A stretch of 64,000 bases of DNA from a virus. The notes beneath the pieces were generated by a model. It was not told the DNA's origin and ran no database searches. It worked only from the letters and a program-made list of their open reading frames with translations. A program made the translations under genes and the position numbers. The stretch lies in the IMG/VR virus record IMGVR_UViG_3300025655_000017; one strand, written 5' to 3'. Shown here piece by piece: positions 20,075 to 29,240 of the stretch. Each line of letters opens with the position of its first letter. Position 1 is the stretch's first letter.

Positions 20075-20997
20075 TGAAGGAACAGGTACAAAGAACATAT
20101 TCCATATTAGATGAAATATTTAATATTTCAGAATTTTATAGTTTAGAAGATTATAAAAAAGATTATACCTATGTTTTTAATAAAAAAAAACAGGTATTAA
20201 ATCAAATTTATAAAACATCTGATTTCCAACAAATAAAACAAGCCTATGAACTTAATATCCAAGATATAGAAATTTTTGAAGATAATAATGAGGAGCAAAT
20301 AAAAAGTGCCATACTTTCTTTTTTCTCCATTTTTTCTAAGTCAAAAGTTACTATCCACCTAGAAAAAGATGATTTATTTAGCTTACTACATAAAGTAAAG
20401 AATAATAATAAGGAAAAATATATTTCTGATAATATCTTAAATTATATCAGAAATGATGTTAAAAGAGGAAATTCATCACTTGAACCAGAGTCTGAGAAAA
20501 AAATTTTAACATATGTTAAAATTTCCGAACAATCATCAGATATTAACATGGAACAACTCATAAAGTATTTAATATTAGTTGGTTATGTAAACAACATATC
20601 TAAGTTTTTTTTCACTGAGTCTATATATAATCAATTCAATAAGAGTTATTCTAAATGGATAAAGTATTATTCCTTTAATGATTGTTATAAATTTATCAAT
20701 ACAGGTAAGTATATACCCAATGATTCATACATGCAATATAAGAATGGATTATCTATTAGTGGATTAAATACTATTATCATATTAAGAACGGGGGTAAAGT
20801 TATTAATGTTAAAGAATTTAAATCTTCCAAATATTAATTCATTGGAATTAGAGCTTTTAGGTGATATTATTTTTGAAAAAGTTTCAAGGATAAATCCAGA
20901 TTTAGAGGTATTAACAACCCAGCTATATGATTTGATGTCTAAAAGTGAAAATGATCTAAATCAAATTATTTTTAAATCTCTTTGTAATATCAGATAA
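20074..20997 (+). CDS. Hypothetical protein
   Basis: 307-aa ORF, translationally coupled. Confidence 0.65.
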   Translation: MKEQVQRTYSILDEIFNISEFYSLEDYKKDYTYVFNKKKQVLNQIYKTSDFQQIKQAYELNIQDIEIFEDNNEEQIKSAILSFFSIFSKSKVTIHLEKDDLFSLLHKVKNNNKEKYISDNILNYIRNDVKRGNSSLEPESEKKILTYVKISEQSSDINMEQLIKYLILVGYVNNISKFFFTESIYNQFNKSYSKWIKYYSFNDCYKFINTGKYIPNDSYMQYKNGLSISGLNTIIILRTGVKLLMLKNLNLPNINSLELELLGDIIFEKVSRINPDLEVLTTQLYDLMSKSENDLNQIIFKSLCNIR

Positions 20998-21020
20998 TTT
21001 TTTTATATTTTATAGAAAAT

Positions 21021-21497
21021 ATGAATTTATCTAAATGGGATTTAAGATTTATCAAGCGAGTTGATGAAGTGGCAAGCTGGTCAAAAGATAATTCTACTAA
21101 AGTTGGCTGTTTATTTGTGAAGAATAAAAAAACCTTAGTAGAAGGTTATAATGGTTTGCCAAGCTATTTAAATGATAAAAATGAATATTATCATAAAGCT
21201 CCACAAAAATATTTTTATTTTGAACATGCTGAAAGAAATGCGATTTATTTAGCACAGCAGAATGGTATTTCTTTAGAGGGGTCAACCTGTTATCTCAATT
21301 GGATTCCTTGTCCAGATTGTATGAGAGCGATTTTATATCAAAAACCAGAAAAAATTCTTTGTGATTTAACTATCCGTGAAAAACGAGAAGATTGGAAAGA
21401 TAAATTCCAAGCATCTATTCATTTGTCTAAAATGGCTGATGTTATTATCTTATTCACCCACGATGGAGTAAATTGGTCAGAACAACATAATCTTTGA
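21021..21497 (+). CDS. dCMP deaminase
   Basis: SKD.STKVG, GYNG, HAERNA, PCPDC. Confidence 0.93.
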   Translation: MNLSKWDLRFIKRVDEVASWSKDNSTKVGCLFVKNKKTLVEGYNGLPSYLNDKNEYYHKAPQKYFYFEHAERNAIYLAQQNGISLEGSTCYLNWIPCPDCMRAILYQKPEKILCDLTIREKREDWKDKFQASIHLSKMADVIILFTHDGVNWSEQHNL

Positions 21498-21526
21498 TTA
21501 ATTACCTATTTATATAAAAAATATAA

Positions 21527-23233
21527 ATGGTTAATCATTTAACAGGATTAAACAAATCTTTTATACCGACCGATAATCTTTTAGTAGAAAAATACAGTAA
21601 TTATTCTGAACATGATAAATTTGGGCAGTATGATAATTATAACTTCTTATTAGAAAAGACTGAACCTGAAAAGGAACAATTAAGTTTGCTTTTAGAGAAT
21701 GTGTCAGGAAATGTGTCAGGTGTTTTCGCTTCTATTGCATTTCCACTTATTAAGCGTACTTTTGATAATATCATATCAAAAAGCCTAGTTACATTTTACC
21801 CAATTGATAAAGCATCAAGTAAAATTTTCTTTTTTTATCCTAAAGTATCATCTCGCAGAGAAAGCGGTGGTAAGCAAATTCACATAGAAAATACAAGTGA
21901 TTATAAATGTTTAGGATTAAATTGCCCTGAGCCTTTTGTGGAAAGCTGTAAATCATTTTACGATCAGCTTTATAATGATTCTTTTTATGATCAATCTAAA
22001 GGAGCGTATGAAGTTATAGTTGCTACTGGGACTCCTTTTTCATTTGATGCAGATAGTTGTATAGTACCTTATACAGATGTCACCTCACAAGATAATACTA
22101 TTAGAGCCATTGGTTTTAAAATAACTGGATTAAATAACAAGCCAGTCTTTAGTAATGGCAGAGGAAATGAAATAGCTGTTGAAGAATTTATTACATCTTT
22201 TAGAGTTATAAACTCTGGTGCTCCTATTGTTGATTCATCTGATAATGTAATATATCAAACAGGTGATGAAGTTAAGGGAAGATTTTTCGCACAAAAATAT
22301 GGGGATAGTATTGTACATGTTGATGATTTATGCGATGAAAATGGGTATATTTTATATGAAATTGATTTAAAACATCCTGTTAGTTCTGGCAATCCAACAA
22401 CATATGATGGATATGTTGGAGTTTTACCTAACGTTAATATTTCTTCAAATTTTACATTTACTTGGAAACGATATGATACCCTAGAAAATAATGGACAAAT
22501 TAGTGAATATGGTTTTGATTTACGTGGTATAGATTTACAAGTTGTTGATCGAATGACTAGAGCGATATGGTCACCACAACTTCAAATGGATTTACAAGCA
22601 TATCAAAATATTAACGCTAATAAAGAATTTATTAATTCTATGTCGCAGCAAATTGCCTTAGAAATTGATAGAGAGATTTTACTTGATTTAAAAAACGCTG
22701 CGCCTTGGGCATTAAGATTTGATTATTTAGGATGGCAAAATACCACTCAAACTTACAATCAAGAGTTATGGAACAAAAAATTATTCGACAAGATTAATGA
22801 GGTTTCAGCACAAATACATAAAACGACTAATTGTGGTGGAGCAAATTGGGTTGTTCTTAGTCCTGAAGCTTCTGCTCTGTTCCCTAATTTAAGCATTTTA
22901 AGAGAGGGAGAGACACTTACAGAAAAAGATAGGTACAACATAGGTCTAAAGAGAGTAGGAACCTTAGGAGGGAGATATGACGTATTTATTGATGCTTTTG
23001 CTAAACCTAATGATATACTTATTGGGTTTAAACCAGAATCATTGACAAATGTGGGGTATATTTATGCACCATATGTTTTAGCACAACCAAGTGTTCCTGT
23101 TATGAATCCAAATAATTTCTCTATAAATCAGATGTTAATGACTAGATATGCAAAGAAATTTACTAATAGCAAGATGTATGGGAAAATTTACGTAGATAAT
23201 ATACCTACATTTAATACATTTGAAAGTCGATAA
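21527..23233 (+). CDS. T4 gp23-family capsid protein (divergent major capsid or vertex paralogue)
   Basis: FPLIKRTF, RAIWSPQLQMDLQAY, IALEIDREIL, GGANWVV, VGTLGGRYDVFID, GYIYAPYV, MTRYAKK. Confidence 0.88.
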   Translation: MVNHLTGLNKSFIPTDNLLVEKYSNYSEHDKFGQYDNYNFLLEKTEPEKEQLSLLLENVSGNVSGVFASIAFPLIKRTFDNIISKSLVTFYPIDKASSKIFFFYPKVSSRRESGGKQIHIENTSDYKCLGLNCPEPFVESCKSFYDQLYNDSFYDQSKGAYEVIVATGTPFSFDADSCIVPYTDVTSQDNTIRAIGFKITGLNNKPVFSNGRGNEIAVEEFITSFRVINSGAPIVDSSDNVIYQTGDEVKGRFFAQKYGDSIVHVDDLCDENGYILYEIDLKHPVSSGNPTTYDGYVGVLPNVNISSNFTFTWKRYDTLENNGQISEYGFDLRGIDLQVVDRMTRAIWSPQLQMDLQAYQNINANKEFINSMSQQIALEIDREILLDLKNAAPWALRFDYLGWQNTTQTYNQELWNKKLFDKINEVSAQIHKTTNCGGANWVVLSPEASALFPNLSILREGETLTEKDRYNIGLKRVGTLGGRYDVFIDAFAKPNDILIGFKPESLTNVGYIYAPYVLAQPSVPVMNPNNFSINQMLMTRYAKKFTNSKMYGKIYVDNIPTFNTFESR

Positions 23234-23244
23234 ATTTACTGTAT

Positions 23245-24336
23245 ATGTTATACACATTATTATGCATATTATGTTTTATAAACATAATATGCATTTTTTT
23301 TAATTTTTTATTTTATAAGCGTAATTATTATAAAATAAAAATTATAGATGGAATACAAAAAAACAGTCAGGTTTGCATATACGTTAAAGATAAAAATCAT
23401 AGATTTAATTTTGTAACTGATAATTTTGAAGAATTTGCACCATTATATAACGTGTTTGGATTTACAGATTATGATTTTTTCCCTAAAGACATTGCTGATA
23501 AATTTAGAGAGGGAGACTTACATGTGAGGTCAACACATGAAAGGTTAAATATTATTGATGCATTAGAATTAGGAGATAATGTTTTATATTATAATTCATC
23601 TAAATTTATGATTGATAACGAAAACATGTGTGGTGTAAGCATAGATATAACTAATGAAATTAAAAAAAGTGAAAAGGTACAAGAAACGAATAATTTTTTA
23701 ACTCATATAAATTACATAATAAGACATGATTTATATAACTCAATAAATTTAGTTAATCAGTTTTTTATTAAAATCGAAAAAAAAATTGAAATAGAATATT
23801 TAGAAGAGCATAAAATAATTGGAGCTTTTAAAGCTTTAAAACAATGTATTTTTACTTTAAAAGAAACCTTTCAAGGGATTTGTGATTTTAGTATAATGTT
23901 GGATGATCATAAAAAATTACCTGTTGAAAGTTTTTACTTAAGTGTAATATTAAATGATTTTTTAAAAAAAACCGCTTATTATTCATATGTAGATATAGAT
24001 GAAGAAATGGGAATAATTACAGCAAATAAATCATTGATGATAACGGCTCTTATCAATTTAATAAAAAATGGAATTAAGCACAATAATTCACAAAATAAAA
24101 AAGTAAAAATTTATAAATGTGAGAATGATCTACTTATAGAAGATAATGGGTATGGTATAACAGATGAACAACTTTCTAAATTTATAAAGCCATATTCACA
24201 AGCAAATGATAATGGTGAGGGATTAGGGTTAGGATTATCAATAACAAACCTAATTTTAAAATACCATAATTTAAATTTATCTGCTTTACCTAAAGAAAAC
24301 GGTACTATTTTAGTAATAAAAAATATATTCATATAA
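23245..24336 (+). CDS. Membrane-anchored PAS-domain sensor histidine kinase
   Basis: TM helix, PAS_4-like segment, H-box IRHDL, N-box NLIKNGIKHN, G1 EDNGYGI, G2 GLGLGL. Confidence 0.9.
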   Translation: MLYTLLCILCFINIICIFFNFLFYKRNYYKIKIIDGIQKNSQVCIYVKDKNHRFNFVTDNFEEFAPLYNVFGFTDYDFFPKDIADKFREGDLHVRSTHERLNIIDALELGDNVLYYNSSKFMIDNENMCGVSIDITNEIKKSEKVQETNNFLTHINYIIRHDLYNSINLVNQFFIKIEKKIEIEYLEEHKIIGAFKALKQCIFTLKETFQGICDFSIMLDDHKKLPVESFYLSVILNDFLKKTAYYSYVDIDEEMGIITANKSLMITALINLIKNGIKHNNSQNKKVKIYKCENDLLIEDNGYGITDEQLSKFIKPYSQANDNGEGLGLGLSITNLILKYHNLNLSALPKENGTILVIKNIFI

Positions 24337-24367
24337 TATATTTTTATATTTATATGAAAAAAAAGTT

Positions 24368-24817
24368 TTGATGTTTAGCAACTATAAAATAAAAACACTT
24401 TTATGTGTTGAAGATGATATATTTTATTCATATCTTTTTCAAGATGCAGCAGAAAGTGTAGATTTAGCAATAAAAGTAAAAGCCATTCATTCTTCTGATG
24501 AAGCAGAAGAATGGTTTATTAAATCAAGAAAGCGGGGGGATGTTCCTGATTGTATTTTTGTGGATGTAAATCTTAAAGGGTCTTCTTTTTCTGGGTTAGA
24601 ACTTATAAGAAAAATTAATTTTGAACATGGAAATAACGTTGTTATTGGTGTTATATCAACATCTAATGATGATCAAGAAAAAGCAACAGCAGTAAAAAAT
24701 GGGGCACAATTCTGGATTTTGAAAGACACGTTAGATTTAGAAAAAGTATTAATTGATTTTAAAGATGATTTTATAGGTTTTCAAAACAGATTATTACCAT
24801 TTAAAACCTATAAATAA
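24368..24817 (+). CDS. Single-domain response regulator (REC)
   Basis: VEDD, phospho-acceptor IFVDVNL, STS, conserved K. Confidence 0.9.
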   Translation: MMFSNYKIKTLLCVEDDIFYSYLFQDAAESVDLAIKVKAIHSSDEAEEWFIKSRKRGDVPDCIFVDVNLKGSSFSGLELIRKINFEHGNNVVIGVISTSNDDQEKATAVKNGAQFWILKDTLDLEKVLIDFKDDFIGFQNRLLPFKTYK

Positions 24818-25419
24818 TGATTATTGATGAAAAAACATTTGAGGCTCTATATGAATTAAAAGAAACACAGGAGATTTTTTTGAGTGGAGATATAATAAAA
24901 TTTATAGAGCCTCAAGATGAATTACAAAAAGTATATTTGTTTGAATGTATTACTTTATATAAAAATTCTATAAGAAATCGTTTAAGTACTTCACAACTAG
25001 TTTTAAAACAAAATTTACAACTAGTAAAAAAGGAAACTATTTTATTAGAAACGTTAGAACAATTAAGAATTGAAAGTGAAGCAGTAAAAGAAGAAAAAAA
25101 TAGAACTAAAGAAATATTAGTTTTAACCGAAAGAGATAAAGTTTCTGCTGAACAGCAAGTAGAGATACTCAAAACCAGTAAAAAATTAGACATATTAAAT
25201 AGAGGGTTACTTTTTAGTATGATAGCTATATTTACTATTATTGTTAGTGTTACTCTTATTCAAACTGCTTTTCTGTATAAAAATTTAGAAACTGATCAAA
25301 TTATAGGCAATGTGTTTAATATATACAATATCTTACTAACTGGTTTACTTACAATAGTCAGCAGTGTCTTAGGGGTAAAAATAGGGTTAAATAATAATAA
25401 GGAAGAAAAAACAGTTTAA
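24817..25419 (+). CDS. Coiled-coil protein with two C-terminal TM helices
   Basis: Coupled to the response regulator; hydropathy pattern. Confidence 0.7.
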   Translation: MIIDEKTFEALYELKETQEIFLSGDIIKFIEPQDELQKVYLFECITLYKNSIRNRLSTSQLVLKQNLQLVKKETILLETLEQLRIESEAVKEEKNRTKEILVLTERDKVSAEQQVEILKTSKKLDILNRGLLFSMIAIFTIIVSVTLIQTAFLYKNLETDQIIGNVFNIYNILLTGLLTIVSSVLGVKIGLNNNKEEKTV

Positions 25420-25495
25420 ATATTTTCTTTCACCGTTGGCAACCCTTATATTTAAAATAAAATTGAAAGAGGATATTAACATAGAAGTTTATTTT

Positions 25496-26121
25496 ATGGC
25501 ACGACAAGTTGGAAAAACAATGAGGGCAATTGAAAGATTTGTTATGAACTATGATAAATCTATATTTATCAATCCTAATAATGAGTCAACTAGATCAACA
25601 ATTGAAACAATCCTTCTTAATTACCCTCATCTAAATCCCGGATTTTTAAGTAAAAAAGTTTTCTCGCTTAATGCTAATAGAAATAAATACATGGATGCCA
25701 GATATGGGGAAAAAATATTATATTTGATGAATATTTATCATCCCCAGTCAAAGATGGCGTAATTTCTATTCTTTTCCCCCAGTTAGAGAACATATATGTT
25801 TATTCATCATTTGATAAAGAGTACATTGTATTAAATAATACCGTGCCAAAATATAGATTACCCGATTACATGATAATTAATTTACCCGAAGTAGATAGAT
25901 TGCAATTTCGGCAATTTAATGATGTTTTGCTCACTAATGATAATACAAGAATATTGGTGGTTCCTAATTACAACATCAATACTAAATTAGAAAAGCAGTT
26001 GGGGGAAAGAGCTTACAAAATAGGAGTTTTAAATAATATATTATCAAGCAGCGATAATAGTTCTTTATTGTGGGATCAAGCGTTTATGGCATTATTCCCC
26101 AACATATCAGATAAACATTAA
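25496..26121 (+). pseudogene. Frameshifted P-loop NTPase (terminase-ATPase-like fragment)
   Basis: ARQVGKT Walker A in one frame; a -1 shift at the GGGGAAAAAA run near 25706-25715 gives Walker B IIFDEY continuing into ORF 25843-26121. Confidence 0.6.
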
Positions 26122-26270
26122 CAGTTTTATTTAGTTGATAATCAATTATTTAAGGTAATTAGTTATCTTTATAAAAGTTTTTTTTGCTAAAATCCTTGCC
26201 AGTTAACAAAAAACAACCTACGTTTGCAACGTAGTTATAAAAAACAATTTTTTCATCTAAAAAAAATATT

Positions 26271-26636
26271 ATGCAAATTGACGTTAGTGATAGCACAGTT
26301 CATTTGGTAGAAACAATTTGTCCTAAGGGGACAAAAGACAAAGTATTATATACTGCGTTAAAAATGACTTGTTGGAATGAAAATGCTGAGGTAATTTTTG
26401 AAGCAGGAATAACATGTCATTAATGCAATTATATAAAACATGTTCAATGTTGTCATATTATTGATGTTTCTAAATTTTCAGATGAAACACCATTAAATAT
26501 AATTAATCACCCAGATAATTTATTATGGCTTTGCCCCAATCATCACTGGGAATTTGATAATGGCCTCCTTGATAGTTTATATGATTTAATAAAAGATCAT
26601 GAATTATTGAAGAAATACTTGCACATGATAAAATAA
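26271..26636 (+). pseudogene. HNH endonuclease with in-frame TAA
   Basis: TCH*CNY..CHII..NLLWLCPNHHWEFD; TAA at 26421-26423 falls inside a CxxC motif. Confidence 0.65.
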
Positions 26637-26700
26637 ATCTGTATATTTGCATAGTAATTAATAGAAAGAATATTTTTTTACTATTTATTTTAAGAAATAG

Positions 26701-26731
26701 TTGCATTATAAGAAAAAAGTTTTTATCTTTG
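26701..26731 (+). promoter_or_regulatory. Host-type promoter for tRNA array 1
   Basis: TTGCA..TATCTTTG; a second one ends at 26649. Confidence 0.75.
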
Positions 26732-26767
26732 CACTGTTGAAAGTCGAAAGACTATAAATTTTTAAAT

Positions 26768-26841
26768 CGGAGATTAGAGCAGTCTGGTAGCTTGCTTGGC
26801 TCATAACCAAGAGGTCATTGGTTCAAATCCCTATATGTGCA
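26768..26841 (+). tRNA. tRNA-Met(CAT), initiator-like, with a non-matching (chimeric) 3' end
   Basis: D arm and CTTGG-CTCATAA-CCAAG anticodon arm intact; after TTCAAAT the T and acceptor stems do not pair. Confidence 0.6.
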
Positions 26842-26878
26842 ACTACAAAAACTTTTTTAAAAACATAATTTAATAGAA

Positions 26879-26971
26879 ATGAATACAATGCTAAAAAATA
26901 CAAAGATTAATAATGCAGCGCAACCGCTTCATGGGGATCGTTGTATCTACGCACTAAAGGTTCATTTTTGA
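26879..26971 (+). CDS. Putative attenuator leader peptide 1 (MNTMLKNTKINNAAQPLHGDRCIYALKVHF)
   Basis: 30-codon ORF; its 3' end contains GCACTAAAGG, complementary to the downstream terminator arm. Confidence 0.75.
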   Translation: MNTMLKNTKINNAAQPLHGDRCIYALKVHF

Positions 26972-26991
26972 CAGAAAAAAAGTTTTACTTC

Positions 26992-27028
26992 AAAAAAACC
27001 CTTTAGTGCAAATTAAAGGGTTTTTTTT
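26992..27028 (+). terminator. Attenuator terminator upstream of tRNA array 1
   Basis: CCCTTTAGT-GCAA-ATTAAAGGG stem-loop followed by T8. Confidence 0.9.
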
Positions 27029-27128
27029 ATGTTCATTGACATAGTTGGATTATTTTAGAAAATATTAACTGAAAAAGGTAGTCAGTCCTTTGGAGTGCAA
27101 ACATTATTGCCACCAGTTGATACATAAA

Positions 27129-27204
27129 GGTCTATGGGGCTGCTTGGGTTGGCCGTCGGATTGTCTATCCGAATATCAGATGGGTTCAAATCCCATATAG
27201 ACTG
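27129..27204 (+). tRNA. tRNA-Asp(GTC)
   Basis: Cloverleaf; TCGGA-TTGTCTA-TCCGA. Confidence 0.88.
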
Positions 27205-27210
27205 CAACAT

Positions 27211-27290
27211 GCTCCTGTACGCAAAATAGGCAAAGCGGCCACACTTAGGATGTGGTGATTTATTTGTGGGTTCAAGTCCCACTGGGAGTA
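27211..27290 (+). tRNA. tRNA-Leu(TAG)
   Basis: Cloverleaf; CCACA-CTTAGGA-TGTGG. Confidence 0.9.
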
Positions 27291-27371
27291 CAATTTAATA
27301 AGTTTCAAGTAAAAGTGCTTACTTAAAGACAAATAGTGATTTGATCTTTTTAATGAAGATTATTAATATAT

Positions 27372-27445
27372 CTAGATGTAGCTTAAATGAATAAAGCACC
27401 ATGTTTGGGACATGGAAGATGTCAATTTGAGTTTGACCATCTGGA
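27372..27445 (+). tRNA. tRNA-Pro(TGG)
   Basis: Cloverleaf; CCATG-TTTGGGA-CATGG; atypical T loop. Confidence 0.85.
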
Positions 27446-27489
27446 CTTTTTTTGAAAAAGGAATCTCTAACGTATGTCGAAAGAGATAT

Positions 27490-27766
27490 AGGGCTGGCAG
27501 TTAGCCTATTGCAGTTTAAAAATAACTTTTATACGTTTTTTTAAACGCATAAAGAAATTAATATATAACTATTAATTTTCATACTGTTGGAAACCAATGA
27601 TTGCATATGAAAATGTAATCTTGTTTACTAAACACGTTTTTAGTGGTTGCACTGAACCCTTGATTTTTAGTAAAAAATCATAAACAGGCTACAAAGATCA
27701 GTTTATTAAAACTGTCAATAATAACGTTAGGTTAGCTGCCATTGATTAATTTCATAAAAAGCTCCA
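27490..27766 (+). ncRNA. Candidate multi-stem structured ncRNA inside the tRNA array (possibly a derived tmRNA)
   Basis: 27496-27508 pairs with 27728-27740 (13 bp including G-U); 27509-27519 pairs with 27706-27718; several internal hairpins. Confidence 0.55.
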
Positions 27767-27840
27767 CAGGAGTTAGCTCAGTTGGTTAGAGCGTCATCTT
27801 TACATGGTGAATGTCAATGGTTCGATCCCATTACTCTTGT
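27767..27840 (+). tRNA. tRNA-Val(TAC)
   Basis: Cloverleaf; TCATC-TTTACAT-GGTGA. Confidence 0.9.
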
Positions 27841-27852
27841 CATTTTAATTAT

Positions 27853-27928
27853 GGTCTATGGGGCTGCTGGATGTGGCCACTCCCTTGTCGCGGGAGAGAT
27901 CAGACGGGTTTGAATCCCGTATAGACCG
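27853..27928 (+). tRNA. tRNA-Asp(GTC), second copy
   Basis: Cloverleaf; CTCCC-TTGTCGC-GGGAG. Confidence 0.88.
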
Positions 27929-27942
27929 CTTTTATTATTTAT

Positions 27943-28015
27943 GGGGCATTGATGAAACTGGCTATCATATAACACCTGCAATGTTATTTTACGGGTTCAA
28001 ACCCCGTATGCTCCA
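27943..28015 (+). tRNA. tRNA-Ala(TGC)
   Basis: GGGGCAT/ATGCTCC acceptor with G3-U70; TAACA-CCTGCAA-TGTTA. Confidence 0.88.
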
Positions 28016-28070
28016 CCCAATTAATTGACTATCAGTGTTTTATGTTATGTCAGTTAATCTTTTACTTTAA

Positions 28071-28150
28071 TACTGAGATACCCCCCTTGACTGATATTCA
28101 AAATAAAGGTAATTGGGTGAAAATATGGATTCGACCCCCATTCTCAGTAC
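28071..28150 (+). pseudogene. Degenerate tRNA-like element
   Basis: TACTGAGA/TCTCAGTA acceptor-like stem and ATGG-ATTCGAC-CCCAT T-arm-like hairpin; no good D or anticodon arm. Confidence 0.45.
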
Positions 28151-28161
28151 TTTTTTTACTA

Positions 28162-28233
28162 GCAGGTGTGGTGTAATTGGTAACATACAATCCTTCCAAG
28201 ATTAAGTCGCAAGATCGTTCCTTGTCACCTGCT
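28162..28233 (+). tRNA. tRNA-Gly(TCC)
   Basis: GCAGGTG/CACCTGC acceptor, U73, loop CTTCCAA. Confidence 0.85.
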
Positions 28234-28246
28234 CTGATTTTTACAT

Positions 28247-28320
28247 GCTTCTATAGCTCAACTGGATAGAGCAATTCCCTACGAAGGAATAGGTTGTTAG
28301 TTCGACTCTAACTAGAAGTA
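28247..28320 (+). tRNA. tRNA-Arg(ACG)
   Basis: Cloverleaf; ATTCC-CTACGAA-GGAAT. Confidence 0.92.
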
Positions 28321-28331
28321 CAAATTTTTAA

Positions 28332-28403
28332 AGACCTATCGTATAATGGCTATTACCCCTGATTTTGAGTCAGGAAATTCCAGTTCAAATCTGGATAGGT
28401 TTA
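28332..28403 (+). tRNA. tRNA-Gln(TTG)
   Basis: Cloverleaf; CCTGA-TTTTGAG-TCAGG. Confidence 0.88.
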
Positions 28404-28458
28404 TTTTTTTTCTTAATATGTTGCATTTGTAGTTTATTTTATGTAACTTTACTTTAAA

Positions 28459-29184
28459 ATGAAAAAATGGAATTTAGAGGAAACAAATAAATTAAAACTA
28501 TATATAGCTCAAAGAATGAGCTATGAAGAAATTTGTTTAAAAATGAATAGGACTTTTAGTTCGGTTGGTAATAAAGCTAGAAAATTAAATTTAACATATA
28601 ATCCTAAAAAAAGAATTTATCGAAGTTTATACATTTGTCAAAATACAAAATGTGTAAAAACATTTGAAGGATACGTTATAGCTAACCCGAAATATTGTAG
28701 TAGTTCATGTGCTGCCCAAGTAAACAATTTAAATGTTCAAAGAAATAAACAAAAAAAAATAGATTTACCTCCAAAAATAAATAAACAAAAAATAATAACA
28801 CATAGTTTTTGTTTATACTGTAAGGCTGCTAAACATAATATCTATTCAACTTACTGTAGTGTAACATGCTCTAGTGAACATAAGAGAGACATTAAGATTG
28901 GATTATGGTTAAATGGAAAGCACAGTGGACATAAAGGAAAAACTTTACAATTATGTGGTTTTGTAAAATATCATCTGAGAAAAATCAGAGGCACAAAGTG
29001 CTGTCAATGCGGGTGGGATAAAAAACACCCTATAGATGGAGCTACATGTAACCATATAGATCACATTGACGGTGATGCATCTAACAATAAAATAGAAAAT
29101 TTGAGAATATTATGTCCCAACTGTCATTCATTAACAGCAAACTTTGGTTCACGTAACAAAAATTCTGCTAGAAATTTTAATTAA
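28459..29184 (+). CDS. HNH homing endonuclease with N-terminal HTH and Cys-rich zinc ribbons
   Basis: HIDHIDGDASNN..NLRILCPNCH; CSSSC and CSVTC repeats. Confidence 0.9.
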   Translation: MKKWNLEETNKLKLYIAQRMSYEEICLKMNRTFSSVGNKARKLNLTYNPKKRIYRSLYICQNTKCVKTFEGYVIANPKYCSSSCAAQVNNLNVQRNKQKKIDLPPKINKQKIITHSFCLYCKAAKHNIYSTYCSVTCSSEHKRDIKIGLWLNGKHSGHKGKTLQLCGFVKYHLRKIRGTKCCQCGWDKKHPIDGATCNHIDHIDGDASNNKIENLRILCPNCHSLTANFGSRNKNSARNFN

Positions 29185-29240
29185 CATTAGGATTAATCAG
29201 TTATTTTATTTATCTTTGTGTCAACAAAAACAAAAAAATC

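Noticed and set aside
25700-25720. Programmed -1 frameshift
   Set aside because: The run is not an in-frame X XXY YYZ heptamer; an indel is more likely.
27066-27120. Possible tRNA remnant (TAACTG...CAGTTG)
   Set aside because: Too short, with no recognisable arms.
27082-27282. 66-aa minus-strand ORF
   Set aside because: It is the antisense of the tRNA-Asp and tRNA-Leu genes.
27490-27766. Canonical tmRNA (ssrA) call
   Set aside because: No GGTTCGA T arm or typical 5' D-loop motif, and the tag-like frame is at the 3' end; kept only as an unassigned ncRNA.
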